DNA from: Callorhinchus milii
Taxonomy: Eukaryota
Direction: 5' to 3'
Length of the DNA stretch: 64,000 nt
NCBI RefSeq assembly: GCF_018977255.1
Contig: NW_024704755.1
Span: 13,392,001 to 13,456,000 of the forward strand
Part shown: in pieces, positions 13,326 to 25,756 of the stretch
How the letters are laid out: the number at the start of each line of letters is the position of its first letter
Position numbering within the stretch: the stretch's first letter is position 1
Made by a program: the position numbers and the translations under genes
Notes under the pieces: generated by a model
What the model was told of the DNA's origin: nothing
What the model saw: the letters and a program-made list of their open reading frames with translations, nothing else
Database searches by the model: none

Positions 13326-16132
13326 CCGGCTCCACTGGCCCCCAGAGGATCCAGTTCTAAATCCTTGTCCTCGCCTTCAAGGCCCCCCCCCCCCCCACTC
13401 ACCTCTGTGACCCGCTAACCCCACACCAACCGGCCCGTGCCCTCCGCTCAGCAGCAGCAGCGATAACAACGACAAGATTACACTTCACGTGGGGAGGCTC
13501 CGCTCTGCTCCATGACCCCCTCCCCCCCCCACCATGACCTTCAGCCTCTCTGCCTCCACCCTCTGGATCTCCGTCCCGCATTCCCTTCACCTCGCTCCCC
13601 CGCCCGCCCCCCTCGCGGCGCGTCTCAAGACCCTCCTCTACGACCGAGCCTTCGGCCGCCCTCCCCCCCCCGCCCGCCCGCCCTCCCTGTTGAGGCATCT
13701 CAAAGCCCTTCACGGGATATACTGCGACGTGGATTGACTGTGGCATTTTGTATGCCGAACGCAGCAGCTGGTGGCACACGGCAGTGCCCCACAAAGAGCC
13801 ATGGAGCGAGTGACCAATTTTATTTGGGGGATAAATAATTAATTATTCGGGGTCCTTTCCTTTCAGCGCCTTGGGACGTCCTCCCGACGTGAAAGGCGCT
13901 CTATAAATGGAATGTTAACGTCCACCTGAATAGACAGACGGGACCTCGGTTTAACGTCTCATCTGAAGGACGACAACTCTGACAATGCCACACGTCCCCA
14001 GCACTATATTTGTAGTGTCAGCTTAGCCAATGTGATTCCAAGTCTCCACGTAGGGGCTTGAACCCAACAACCTTCTGACTCAGAGCAGAGTGCTCCTACT
14101 ACTGCGCCAGGCAGTCACGCAATGGAAGAAATGTAATGGTATAAAACATGTTGTAATATACTATGAAACAACTAATTCAACTATTCAAATGTTTTTTGTA
14201 AAATCTCCTTTTTAGAAAATGTTATAGGTTTGTACCCATTGAATTATTAGCGATGTTCCCCATTGCCAGTCTTAAAAATCACACAAGCCATAATATGTGT
14301 AGCACTAGCTCTGTACCCGTGGGTGGCACTGCTGCACTCTGCGAGTCGTTCAGTATGGGATATGATTAGGAACTGTAACAGCGCTGCTCTGGCATTTTAG
14401 TGCAACAGTAGCTAAAAACCCAAGGCTGACGTTTAGGAATCTGACAACAGGGGGAAAAAAGTTCCAAGTTTGTGCTACAGAGATCATTATTCAGCCAGTA
14501 GCCAGCCAAATTTATGGAAGATTAGACCAAAAGGTTGAACGTTTGGCCTACAAAATGCAGTCAATCTGCTTCATTCTGTGAAGCGCTTTGAGATGTCTCA
14601 AAGACGTGATAAGGCGCTATATCAAATGCAAGGATTATTATCGACTTCTCTTTCAGATACTGAACCACTAAAGAATCTAACATAAAAAACATAAGAACGG
14701 ACAGACCCATCATCAACCACTTCCATATTTTCCTGGCTATGTTTCTACCCATAATTTTAGATGCTTAGGTACAAAGAACAAGGTGCATGATGTACAATAT
14801 CTCTTGTTTGTACTGTATCTGGGATTTAGGCTCCAAGTTTAGCCATTGCTGTTCTGAGATGCGATGAACTGTAGGTCAGAAAGCTTCAGTGGGAGGAAAC
14901 AAAATTAGATCATTATTCAATGAGGCATTTGACATGCTTGCTATAATCAAATTAATTATATGTAATTTCCTCATTCATTTTAGCATTCTGAGTACATGTT
15001 TTTCTTATTGCGTGTCCCGCCTAACGGTGGATGGAATGCAGAGCACTATGTGAGAAATTGTGCCTCCTTCTAGCTTCCTTTAAGAGATAGGAGGTTCCTT
15101 CAGGGTAGTGAACTGCATGGTTGGCTCCTGAAGTGGACTTTAAGATTGTAAATAAAGCAGGTAGTCAGCACTTGCTATTTGAATGCTTGCTCCAGATTCT
15201 TCCCCTTATCGTTCACTATCTATTATCAGTGCTCAGTTAAATATTAGAAGCAAGTATTGTATGGAAGCCAGGCAGCCTTGCAATTCCATTTTATTATAAT
15301 AATCTTTACATTTAATATAGCATTTTATAATAATAATCCTTGCATTTGATATAGCGCCTGATTGTGTCTTCAAGACGTCTCAAGGACCTTCACAGAATAC
15401 ACTGTAAAGTGAATTGACTGTATATTTTGTGGATGAAATGCAGCAGCCAATTGTGCTCAGCAGTGTTCCACAAACAGTCGTGGATTGAGTGACCAATTTA
15501 TTACTTTTTTGAAGGAATTATTATCCCCAGAAAAATGATCTGCCAATCAACTAACAACCGGGTTCCTACTTACTGCTAGGTAAGCAGAAGATTATGGAGT
15601 AATAATAATAAATATATAATAATAATCTTTGCATTTGATATAGTGCTTTTCAAGTCTTCTAGACGTCTCAAAGCGCTTCACAGAATATACTGTAAAGTGA
15701 TTTGTCTATATATGTGGATGAAAAGCGGCAGCCAATTGCGCACAGCAGTGTCCCACAAACAACAACAATAACAAGATTCCATTTATTGAGCGCCTTTCAC
15801 GTCGGGAGGACGTCCCAAGGCGCTGTACAGTTAAGTCAGGACCCGAGCAAGGGGGAAATGGTCAGGGTGAGGGGAGGGAGGGAGCGAGGAGGGGGTAGAG
15901 AGTCGAGACGGGAGCTGAAGGCACGGTCAAAGAGAAAGGTCTTGAGACCGGCCTTGAAGGACAAAAGGGAGGAAGCGGCGAAGGCACTGGGGAATACCCG
16001 GCCACCGATGGTAGGGTGGTTGGGGCGGGGGATGTGGAGCAGACCAGAGCCAGAGGAACGGAGGGTACGGACAGTCGTGAATTGAGTGACCAAATCGTTA
16101 TTGTTTTTTTCTTGAGGGATTATTATCAGGCA

Positions 16133-16345
16133 TGTATACACATAGCCTCTCCCAGTGTTTCTCCTGTACATACAGCCTCTCCTATATACACACAGCCTCT
16201 TCCAGTGTCTATCACTGTTTACACACAGCTTCTCCCAGTGTCTCTCACTGTATACACACAGCCTCTCCCAGTGTCTCCTGTATACATACAGCTTCTCCTG
16301 TGTACAGACAGCCTCTCCCAGTGTCTATCACTGTATATAGACAGG
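16133..16345. repeat. ~30-bp degenerate minisatellite
   Basis: tgtatacacacagcctctcccagtgtctatcac-like units. Confidence 0.8.
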
Positions 16346-17614
16346 CTGTACTGTACGTGGTTAGGATTGCCATGATGATTATAATACACTTGGGCAGGTG
16401 CTCTCAGTAATCAGTAAAGAAACTTGCCCAACGTTTTGCCCTGCTGGCAATTGAACCCAAGTTTCGTGCCTGCGAAGTGAATGCTCTAACCACTGAGCTA
16501 ATATCACATCATTGAGATGTCCAAAAGTACATCACAGGATTTACTGTATAAAGTTCAATGACTATATTTGTAAGCAAATACAGCGATGAATTTGCACACA
16601 GCAATGTGCCACAAATAGCCATGAAATGAATGACCAATTTTTAGCTGGAGGATTGTTGGCCAGGACACCGGGAGAACTTCCATTGTCTTTGCGAACAATA
16701 CCTTTAGACCTACCTCTCTGACCTACTATCCCCCTACTTACCTGCCCGTACCCTCCGTTCCTCTGGCTCCGGTCTGCTCCACATCCCTCTCCCTCACCGC
16801 CCTACCATCGGTGGCCGGGCCTTCAGCCTCTCAGCCCCGAGGCTCTGGAACTCCATCCCCCAGTGCCTTCGCCGCTTCCTCCCTTTCCTCCTTCAAGGCC
16901 GGTCTCAAGACCTTTCTCTTTGACCGTGCCTTCAGCTCGACTCTCTACCCCCTCCTCGCTCCCTCCCTTCCCTCCCCTCACCCTGACCATTTCCCCCCTC
17001 CTCGCTCCCTCCCCTCACCCTGATCATTTCCCCCCTCCTCGCTCCCTCCCTTCCCTCCCCTCACCCTGACCATTTCCCCCCTGCTTGGGTCCCGACCCAA
17101 CTGTCCAGCGCCTTGGGACGTCCTCCCGACGTGAAAGGCGCTCTATAAATGAAATCTTGTAAATCAGGTTAACATTCACCTGAATTGGCAGATGGGACCT
17201 TGGTTTAAAATATCCACAGGATAGCACCTCCGACAATGCAATACTCCCCAGCACTCGTCCCCTCCACTCCCCTACTAGCAACTGCTCTTTCAGCCACTTA
17301 GCCCCCAAACTCTACCTCAATCCCTCCTCTTTGTCTGTCTTCAGATCTTAGCTAAAGATCTTTCTTTTTGACTGTGCGTACAGTTAATTCCCCTCTCTAC
17401 CCGGCTCTGTGTCAAGCTTTGCAACTCTTAAGCCTCTGAGGTGTGAAGGATGCTGTATAAATGCAGGCTGTTCTTGTGTTAAAAAAAAGCTATTTTCCTT
17501 AAAAAAAAGTCACTATCGTTTTGGGGTCAGCTGGATGTGTGACACAAGCAGGAACTCGTCAATAAGCTAAATAATATCCAAACCAGAGAGAATTGCACAT
17601 ATCTATGCCACGTC

Positions 17615-17985
17615 CACGTGGAATTTTACCTGTGTCTGGAATGGAATGCACACTCTCTCCCTGGAGACGTACCCTACTTACCTAACTCCCAACGTTTATT
17701 GAGTGCAGGTTGGCAAGAGCCGAGGCTTGGGGACCCCAGAGTATGTGTTGTGAGCACTGAAGGAAATTAACAAGCTAAAACCACATAGTTTGCCATTGAA
17801 AGCACTGTCTGCCAAGCTAATCATCAGGGTTTGTCTTGCAGGGTGAACGGGAGCTGCGTGGGAAGAATCCCTGCTCCCAGCGACTGTTCTTCCCTACCAA
17901 GTGATGCTGATGAACCAGGCTGTCATCAACAGTGCCCTGAAGTACTGCGGACCTGCCTGGCTCAGGAACTCGCCACACTGGGATA
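17615..17985 (+). repeat. Unclassified interspersed repeat; other copies at 9660-9900(+), 11090-11680(-), 39790-40150(+), 53690-53990(-) and 59625-59830(-)
   Basis: Shared core ggcaagagccaaggcttggggaccccagagtgtgcgttggggtaactgct and ctggaatggaatgcacac. Confidence 0.8.
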
Positions 17986-18664
17986 TCGTCTCGGAGCCAA
18001 ATCAGCCTGAAAATAAACCCTTCTTATCTCCGCTCCCCCCCCCCCCCCCCCCTTCATAGTCAATTGCGACAAATGTTACCTCTTATTAAATATTGTGGCA
18101 TTAAATTGATTATTTTTTGTTCTTTTCAAAGAGAGGTTTTCGTTTATATTATGTTTTTATTTATATTTTATATTTTTTATCATACATTTATCATATGTTC
18201 ATTGACATTATACGTTGCCCGCAAGACATTACAGTCAATCCACTGCACAATAAATTCTGTGAAGCGCTTTGGATGTGATAAGGCGCTGTATCAAATACAA
18301 GGATTATTATTATTATCAGGAGGTTAGGAGAAGGATTCCCCCACCCCCCCACCCCCCACCCCATGTTTTTGTTATCTTTGTTTCCATTGGCATTTTTCTC
18401 CCAGTTTGGGAGATGTTGCAGCAGAACGATTCAAACAGTGGAGCTCCTTATTAAAATGGGTGCAGCGTGTGGTGCCCGGAACAGGCCCACGGGAAACACT
18501 GAGCAGTTTGGAGCAGAATATTTATTGTGTGTAAAAAATAATGCAAAGCATCAAATCATTCCTGTGCAGATCCCATTGAAGCCCCGACCCCCTGTGCCAC
18601 TTTGTCGACATGTTAAAGAGACTTTGTGTCACGTCCTGTTGTTTCCAAAGTCCAGAGCAAACCC

Positions 18665-21133
18665 TGGGGGGGGGGGAGGGGGGAGAGGGGGAGGGGGGGG
18701 AGGGGGGAGAGGGGGAGAGGGGAGGGGGAGGGGGGGGGAGGGGAGGGGGGGGGGAGGGGGGGAGAGGGGGGGGGAGAGGGGGGGAGAGGGGTAGGGGGGG
18801 GAGAGGGGGAGGGGGGGGGAGAGGGGGAGGGGAGGCTGTGCACACGGTGCACAGTGTAACCTCATGAATGACAATGTATCGCTGAGTCACTGACACCCGA
18901 TCAGCTGTGAAATCCACAACATCAACAACAAAAACCACGAGGATCGCTTTGTGGTTGTTTGGAAATCTTTTCATCTGCTCCCACCCCACCCCCATCACCC
19001 CCCACCCCACCCCCCATCACCCCCACCCCCATCACCCCACCCCCCATCACCACCCCCCATCCCCCCCACCCCACCCCCATCACCCCCACCCCCCATCACC
19101 CCCACCCCCATCACCCCCACCCCCATCACCCCCACCCCCATCACCCCCACCCCACCCCCCCCATCACCCCACCCCCATCACCCCCACCCCCACCCCCCAT
19201 CACCCCCACCCCACCCCCCATCACCCCCACCCCCCATCACCCCCACCCCACCCCCCATCACCCCCACCCCACCCCCCATCACCCCCACCCCCATCACCCC
19301 CACCCCACCCCCATCACCCCCCACCCCACCCCCCATCACCCCCCACCCCACCCCCCATCACCCCCACCCCACCCCCCATCACCCCCCCCCACCCCCCACC
19401 CCACCCCCCATCACCCCCCACCCCACATCACCCCCACCCCACCCCCCATCACCCCCACCCCCACCCCCCATCACCCCCACCCCACCCCCATCACCCCCCA
19501 CCCCACCCCCCATCACCCCACCCCCCATCACCCCCCACCCCACCCCCATCACCCCTCACCCCACCCCCCATCACCCCTCACCCCACCCCCCATCACCCCC
19601 ACCCCACCCCCCATCACCCCACCCCCCATCACCCCCACCCCACCCCCCATCACCCTCACCCCACCCCCATCACCCCCACCCCCCCCCCTCACCCCCCCCC
19701 ATCACCCCTCACCCCCCATCACCCCACCCCCCATCACCCCCACCCCATCACCCCTCACCCCACCCCCATCACCCCTCACCCCCCCCCCATCACCCCCACT
19801 CCCCATCACCCCCCACCCCACCCCCCATCACCCCACCCCCCATCACCCCCACCCCATCACCCCCACTCCCCATCACCCCCACCCCACCCCCCATCACCCC
19901 TCACCCCACCCCCCATCACCCCATCACCCCACTCCCTCACCCTCACCCCATCACCCCCACCCCACCCCCATCACCCCCCACCCCACCCCCCATCACCCCA
20001 CCCCCCATCACCCCTCACCCCACCCCCCATCACCCCCACCCCCACTCCCTCACCCCACTCCCTCACCCCATCACCGCCCACCCCATCACCCCTCACCCCA
20101 CCCCCATCACCCCCCACCCCCATCACCCCCCATCACCCCCACCCCACCCCTCACCCCCACTCCCTCACCCCCTCCCCCATCACCCTCACCCCCATCACCC
20201 CCCACTCCCTCACCCCCATCACCCCCCTCCCCCCATCACCCCCTCATACCCTCTCACCCCCACCCCCTCATACCCTCTCACCCCCACCCCCTCTCATACC
20301 CTCTCACCCCATCCCCTCACCCCCACCCCCTCTCATACCCTTTCACCCCCATCCCCTCACCCCCTCTCACCCCCACACCTCCTCACCCCCACCCCAGCCC
20401 CCTCACCCTCTCACCCCCACCCCACACACCTCCTCACCCCCACACCACCCCCCACCCCCTCTTACCCCCTCTCACCCCCACCCCACACCCGCAAAGTCCT
20501 TGCACTTCAGGACTTCCACTGCCGGGAGCACAGACGCAATGTGGCAGCGTCTGCCCTGTGTTTTTTTGCTGCCCCCACACCCCCCCTCCCCCCACCCCCT
20601 CCGCTCCCCCCCCCCCTTCCCCTCCCCCCTCCGGGTGAATGTGCCCTCGTCTCCAAAAAGCGAGTGGTGTGCAAACGTTAGCAAAGGCTCTGGTAAACAC
20701 GAAGCTGCCAATTACCATCCGCACAAAAAAGGGCGGACGAGTGGGAAACTCAACCCTGAACCCAGTCCAACCCGACATGAGCCAAACCTCACAGGGTGGG
20801 GGGGAGGAGGGGGGGGGGAGAGGGGGGAGAGAGGGGGGAGAGGGGGAGGAGTGGGGGGAGAGGAGGAGGAGTGGGGGGAGAGGAGGAGGAGTGGGGGGGG
20901 AGGAGGAGGAGGAGGAGTGGGGAGAAGGTGTGGAGGAGGAGAGGGGGAGTGGAGGAGGAGTGGGGGGAGAGGGGGAGGAGGAGTGGGGAGGAGTGGGGGG
21001 GGAGGGGGGAGGAGTGGGGAGGGGGAGGAGTGGGGAGAAGGAGGAGTGGAGGAGGAGTGGGGGGGAGGAGGAGTGGAGGAGGAGGAGGGAGAGGAGGAGG
21101 AGGGAGAGGAGGAGGGGAGAGAGAGAGAGAGAA
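18665..21133. repeat. G-rich / (CCCCAT,CCCCAC)n / (GGA)-rich low-complexity array
   Basis: G tracts at 18665-18835, C-rich tandem at 18980-20490, GGA/GGAGT tracts at 20795-21133. Confidence 0.95.
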
Positions 21134-21559
21134 CTTAGTAAAAAAACAGCACTCGACTTCCTCCTGAATGCAGGAACTTTCTGTTCCACGTAAACGCCAA
21201 CTCCTCTCAGCAGCTAAATACTACTTCCTTTTACATCCCCTTCACCCCCCACTCCCCCCCAAAAAAAATTGCAAAGATGTAAAGGTAAAAGGCAAATATC
21301 TTTTGCATTGCTCCCCCCGTGATACCCAGACACTGGTGCTGTCAGTGTAACAGGGTTCAGGCTGTTGGCTGTGGGGATGGGATGGGGGGGGGTTTGGGTT
21401 TGATTGAACCTTGAAACCCCACTGAACCCCCAGGTTCCAGGCAGCCTCTGTGTGTGTGAGTGTGAGTTAAAGGCTATGTGTTGCCCCCCCCCCTGGGGGG
21501 GGTCTGTGTGTGAGCTCAGTGTGGAGGGGGTGGGGGGGGGGTTACTGTGACCAGAAGCA

Positions 21560-21840
21560 AACAAAAAGCTTTGCACACGATCTGGAAGGGGAGCAAAGCC
21601 GAGCAGACAGACAGACAGACACACACACACACACAGACGGACAGGATTACGACAGATGTGTGCAAACCCGTCTGCAGCCCCCACCCCACCCCCCCCCCCC
21701 CCCACACACACACACACACACACAGCTCTGGCTGACGTTTCCCACTGGAGGAGCGTGTGCACAGGGCGGTGGGGTGTGCACTGGGTTTCGTGGGCTGTTT
21801 GCACCCGGTCTCAGACCGCCCGCGTCCCAATAAATACAGC
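21560..21840 (+). promoter_or_regulatory. Metallothionein-A promoter with five metal response elements
   Basis: TGCRCNC cores at 21572 (+), 21658 (-), 21755 (-), 21774 (-) and 21800 (+). GC box at ~21764 and TATA-like TAAATA at 21831. Confidence 0.85.
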
Positions 21841-21927
21841 AGATCTGGAGCACAGCGAACAAATAGCCTGAGAGAGAGACACAGACAGACAGACAGAGAT
21901 ACAGACAGACCATCAGACACACCAGAC

Positions 21928-21958
21928 ATGTCTGACGCACCGTGCACATGTTCCGAAG
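21928..21958 (+). CDS. MT: Metallothionein A (62 aa, 20 Cys) exon 1
   Basis: join(21928-21958,22401-22466,22891-22982) = [62 protein letters not shown]. Donor gtaagt, phase 1. Confidence 0.9.
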
Positions 21959-22013
21959 GTAAGTGATGAGTATTTTTGCTGATGCTTCGTGGTTTCATCT
22001 GGTTATGATTTCA

Positions 22014-22328
22014 NNNNNNNNNNNNNNNNNNNNNNNNNNNNNNNNNNNNNNNNNNNNNNNNNNNNNNNNNNNNNNNNNNNNNNNNNNNNNNNNNNNNNNN
22101 NNNNNNNNNNNNNNNNNNNNNNNNNNNNNNNNNNNNNNNNNNNNNNNNNNNNNNNNNNNNNNNNNNNNNNNNNNNNNNNNNNNNNNNNNNNNNNNNNNNN
22201 NNNNNNNNNNNNNNNNNNNNNNNNNNNNNNNNNNNNNNNNNNNNNNNNNNNNNNNNNNNNNNNNNNNNNNNNNNNNNNNNNNNNNNNNNNNNNNNNNNNN
22301 NNNNNNNNNNNNNNNNNNNNNNNNNNNN
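22014..22328. other. Assembly gap (315 N) in intron 1 of metallothionein A
   Basis: Run of n characters. Confidence 1.
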
Positions 22329-22400
22329 GTCATTGTATTTTTGTGTCTTTTTCTCTCTCCCCCCCCCTCCCTCTCCCTCTCCCTCTCCCCCTCTCTGCAG

Positions 22401-22466
22401 GCGGTACCTGCAACTGCAAAGGTAACTGCGCCTGCAAAAGCTGCAAGTGCACGTCCTGCAAGAAAA
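22401..22466 (+). CDS. MT: Metallothionein A exon 2
   Basis: Acceptor ctctctgcag. 66-nt exon encoding GGTCNCKGNCACKSCKCTSCKK. Donor gtaagt. Confidence 0.95.
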
Positions 22467-22790
22467 GTAAGTGCTGACAGAACGCAACGGATCACCCAGA
22501 ACCTGTGGGTTGGGTGACCAAACATCAATAGGAATGATAAACCACTTAATCCACCACTATTCCGGGGGGGGGGGTCACTGCTGTGTGCAATTTGCTGCCG
22601 TGTTCTGTCCACGAAAATATTACAGTAAATTTCATTCGACCGTGTATTCTGCGAAGCGCTCTTGAGACGCCTCAAAGTCACGATAAGGCGCTATATCAAA
22701 TGCAAGGATTACTATTATTTACAATGTTCAATCCAGATTTTTTTTTGAGCGTAAAAAAAATCCTTTTATCCAGTTATTAGCAGGGTTTGA

Positions 22791-22982
<192 letters not shown>

Positions 22983-23439
22983 CATTCCTTCTCTCTGTGG
23001 AGATGACCTCATTTCAAACCGAGAATTGTTCAAATGTTACCTTGAGTTCTGCACCACTAGTGGTGAGATGTTAAAACTACTGCCTATGGTTTATTTTGAA
23101 AGCTTTTTGTACTTGCTTTTTTTGCACTAATTATGTAAAAGTTTCTAAATGCATGGAATAAACATTAGTTTGTGAAAGTTACTGATTCTGGTGTCTTGTC
23201 TGTGGTGGGAACAACAGGTTTTGCGGAAAAAAAGCCCCTTCCCACTAACCAGTTGGAATGGCTAATGACTTGTCACTTGTTTACCGACACACACTGTGTG
23301 AGCTACTTCACAATCACGGCTGTGTGAGATTGCTGTTCACGCATTAACCCTTCCCTACAAAATAAATAAGAACTACACTTAAGGGTAAATGCAGTGAAGC
23401 CCCTTAATGTCAAGTGTGCTATAATCAACACCAAAATTA

Positions 23440-23720
23440 CATGGGTATAGCGCCTTTTGTGTCAGGAGGACGTCCCAAGGTGCTGGACAGTCAGTGTTTT
23501 GGACCCGAGCTGGGGGGTGTCGGGATTGGGGAGGGTGGAAGGCAGTGGGCGAGAGGAAGGTCTTGAGATGGGTCTTGAAGGAGGCAAGGAAGAGGGTAAG
23601 GCGGAGGGACTGTGGAATAGAGTTCCAGAGGGTGGGAGCAGAGTGGCAGAAGGCCTGCCCACCAAAGTTGGGGTTGGTGAGGTGGGGGATGTGAAGCAGG
23701 TCAGAGTCCTGCAAACGCAA
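23440..23720 (-). mobile_element. L2 LINE 3' end; similar fragments at ~15770-16070(-), 16750-17155(+), 57120-57360(+), 60580-61030(+) and 63700-64000(+)
   Basis: GGQAFCHSAPTLWNSIP...FKTHLKTFL motif and the gcgccttgggacgtcc tail. Confidence 0.85.
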
Positions 23721-24524
23721 TGGTTGTAAGTCCTCTGTGAATCAAGTAGCAAGGACCACATAAAATCCACTTACCAGAGGAAAGAATGACACCCTGGCAA
23801 TGACCACAGCATTTCAGGACATGAATCACTTTAACCTTGAGAGGGAGGTTAACATTTTGCAGCTGTAAAGCATTCCCTTTAAGCAGGAGCTAACTGTTTA
23901 AAAAAGCAATCCCTGATGTGACCAGATCTAGGTGATTAAGCTATTCCCTATGTAACCGAGTTCCAGTGTTAGACATTCCTGGACCGAGGAAGAATCTTTA
24001 TTAAAATGGAGCTTAAACTACAAGCAGGGACCCAGGGGAGAGTCTGTAACATTTAAAAGTACAACTTTCTCCCCTCATGCAAGGTAGCGTCTCAGACCGC
24101 TTACTGTGAAAGTACATAAACGTTTCTAAAACCACCTACACTAATTATCGGTGGTGGAAGTTATCAATCACGTGACAGCCTCACCACAGGTAGCTCTTTG
24201 ATCAGTCCTGGAGCCACAGCTCATCTGACTGTCATTCCACAAGATGCGTTCTACAGAACAAGCTGGAAATGTTCACTGTTGTGATCAGAAGCGAATGATT
24301 GCTTTGTCTGAGTGAAGTCAGCCAATGCTTATGCTTGTTAGCTCTTGTCAAGCTGACCTGTCGAACTACAATCCTAATTCAATGAAGCATAGTTGCAGAA
24401 TCTCTAGCAAGCGAAGCGTAACAGATGTTACAGGCAGCTGATAGATTTCTAGATAAAATGTTACGAGCAAATGCCAGTTTGCTGTACCTTGCATTTTGAA
24501 GAGTTAAATTGTTTGAGAGAAGAA

Positions 24525-25756
24525 CAACAAAATTACATATGTATAGCGCCTTTCATGTCGGGAGGACGTCCCAAGATGTTGGACAGTCTAAGAGTCTCGG
24601 ACCCGAGCTGGGGATCGGGATTGGGGAGGGTGGAGGGCAGGGGGGGAAGCAGGGTGATCGAAAGTACGGTCGAAGTGGAGGGGCTTGAGATGGGGCATGG
24701 AGGAGGCAAGCGAGGGATTGCAGGATGGAGTTCCAGAGGGTGGGGGAGAGTGGCAGAAAGCCCACTCGCCAATGGTGGGGCGGGCGAGGTGGGGGACGTA
24801 AAGCAGGCCGGAGCCCGCTGAGCGGATGGAGCAAACAGGATGGTAGGGGGTTAGGAGGTCGCAGAGGTTGAGGACTTTGAAGGTGAGGACCAGGATCTTG
24901 AACTGTATCCTCTGTGTGATGGGAAGCCAGTGGAGTCGGGCGAGGATAGGGGTGATAGGGTCAGAGGGTCTGGTGCGGGAGAGGATACGGGCTGCAGAGT
25001 TCTGGATGATCTGCAGCCTATGGAGGGAGGAGTTGGGGAGGCCGACAAGCAGTGAGTTTGCATAGTCAAGCCTCGATGTAATGAAGGCGTGTATGAGGGT
25101 TTCAGCGGCCTGTGGCGTGAGACAGTGGCAGAGCCGGGCGACATTGTGGAGTTGGGGGAAGGCAGAGCGGGTCATGGAGCAGATGTGGGGTAAAAAGGAT
25201 AGTTGAGGGTCAAATAAGACGCCAAGGTTCTGGACTGACTCAGTGAGGTGGAGTGTGCATCCATGGATGGTGATGCTGTCAGCAGCTGAAGTGTGGAGGT
25301 GCTGATGGGAACCAATCAGGAGAGCCTCGGTCTTGTTGATGTTCAACTGAAGAAAGTTAGTTCTCATCCAGGACGATGTCTGACAGACATTCTGTCAGGA
25401 CAGCAGTGGTCCTGGAGTCAAGGGTGGAGGCAGAGAGGTAGGGTTGGGTGTCATCTGCATACATGTGGAAGTTGACCCCATGTCTGCGGATGTTGCCACC
25501 AAGAGGGAGCATATAGATATTGAAGAGGGGACCAAGGACAGAGCCCTGAGGAATGCTGCACGAGACTGTGCGGGGGCTACAGGAGAAACCGTTTGTGGAG
25601 ATGAAGTGGAGATGGTGTGAGAGGTACGATCTGAACCAGTCAAGCACAGAGCCACGAAGGTTGAGGTGAGAGGAGAGGCGGTGGATGAGGATAGAGTGGT
25701 CAACGGCGTCGAAGGCAGCAGAGAGGTCAAGGAGGACGAGGAGGCAGAGGGAACCA
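24525..25756 (-). mobile_element. L2-clade LINE 3' fragment (degenerate RT)
   Basis: Translations LVLLDLSAAFDAVDHSIL, PQGSVLGP, HMYADDTQ, NFLQLNINKTE and LHWLPITQRIQFKIL, with frameshifts and the L2 tail. Confidence 0.93.

Noticed and set aside
18907-21138. 743-aa, 576-aa and 559-aa Pro/His/Thr-rich ORFs
   Set aside because: All three frames are open because the C-rich tandem repeat lacks stop codons. There is no domain or splice context.
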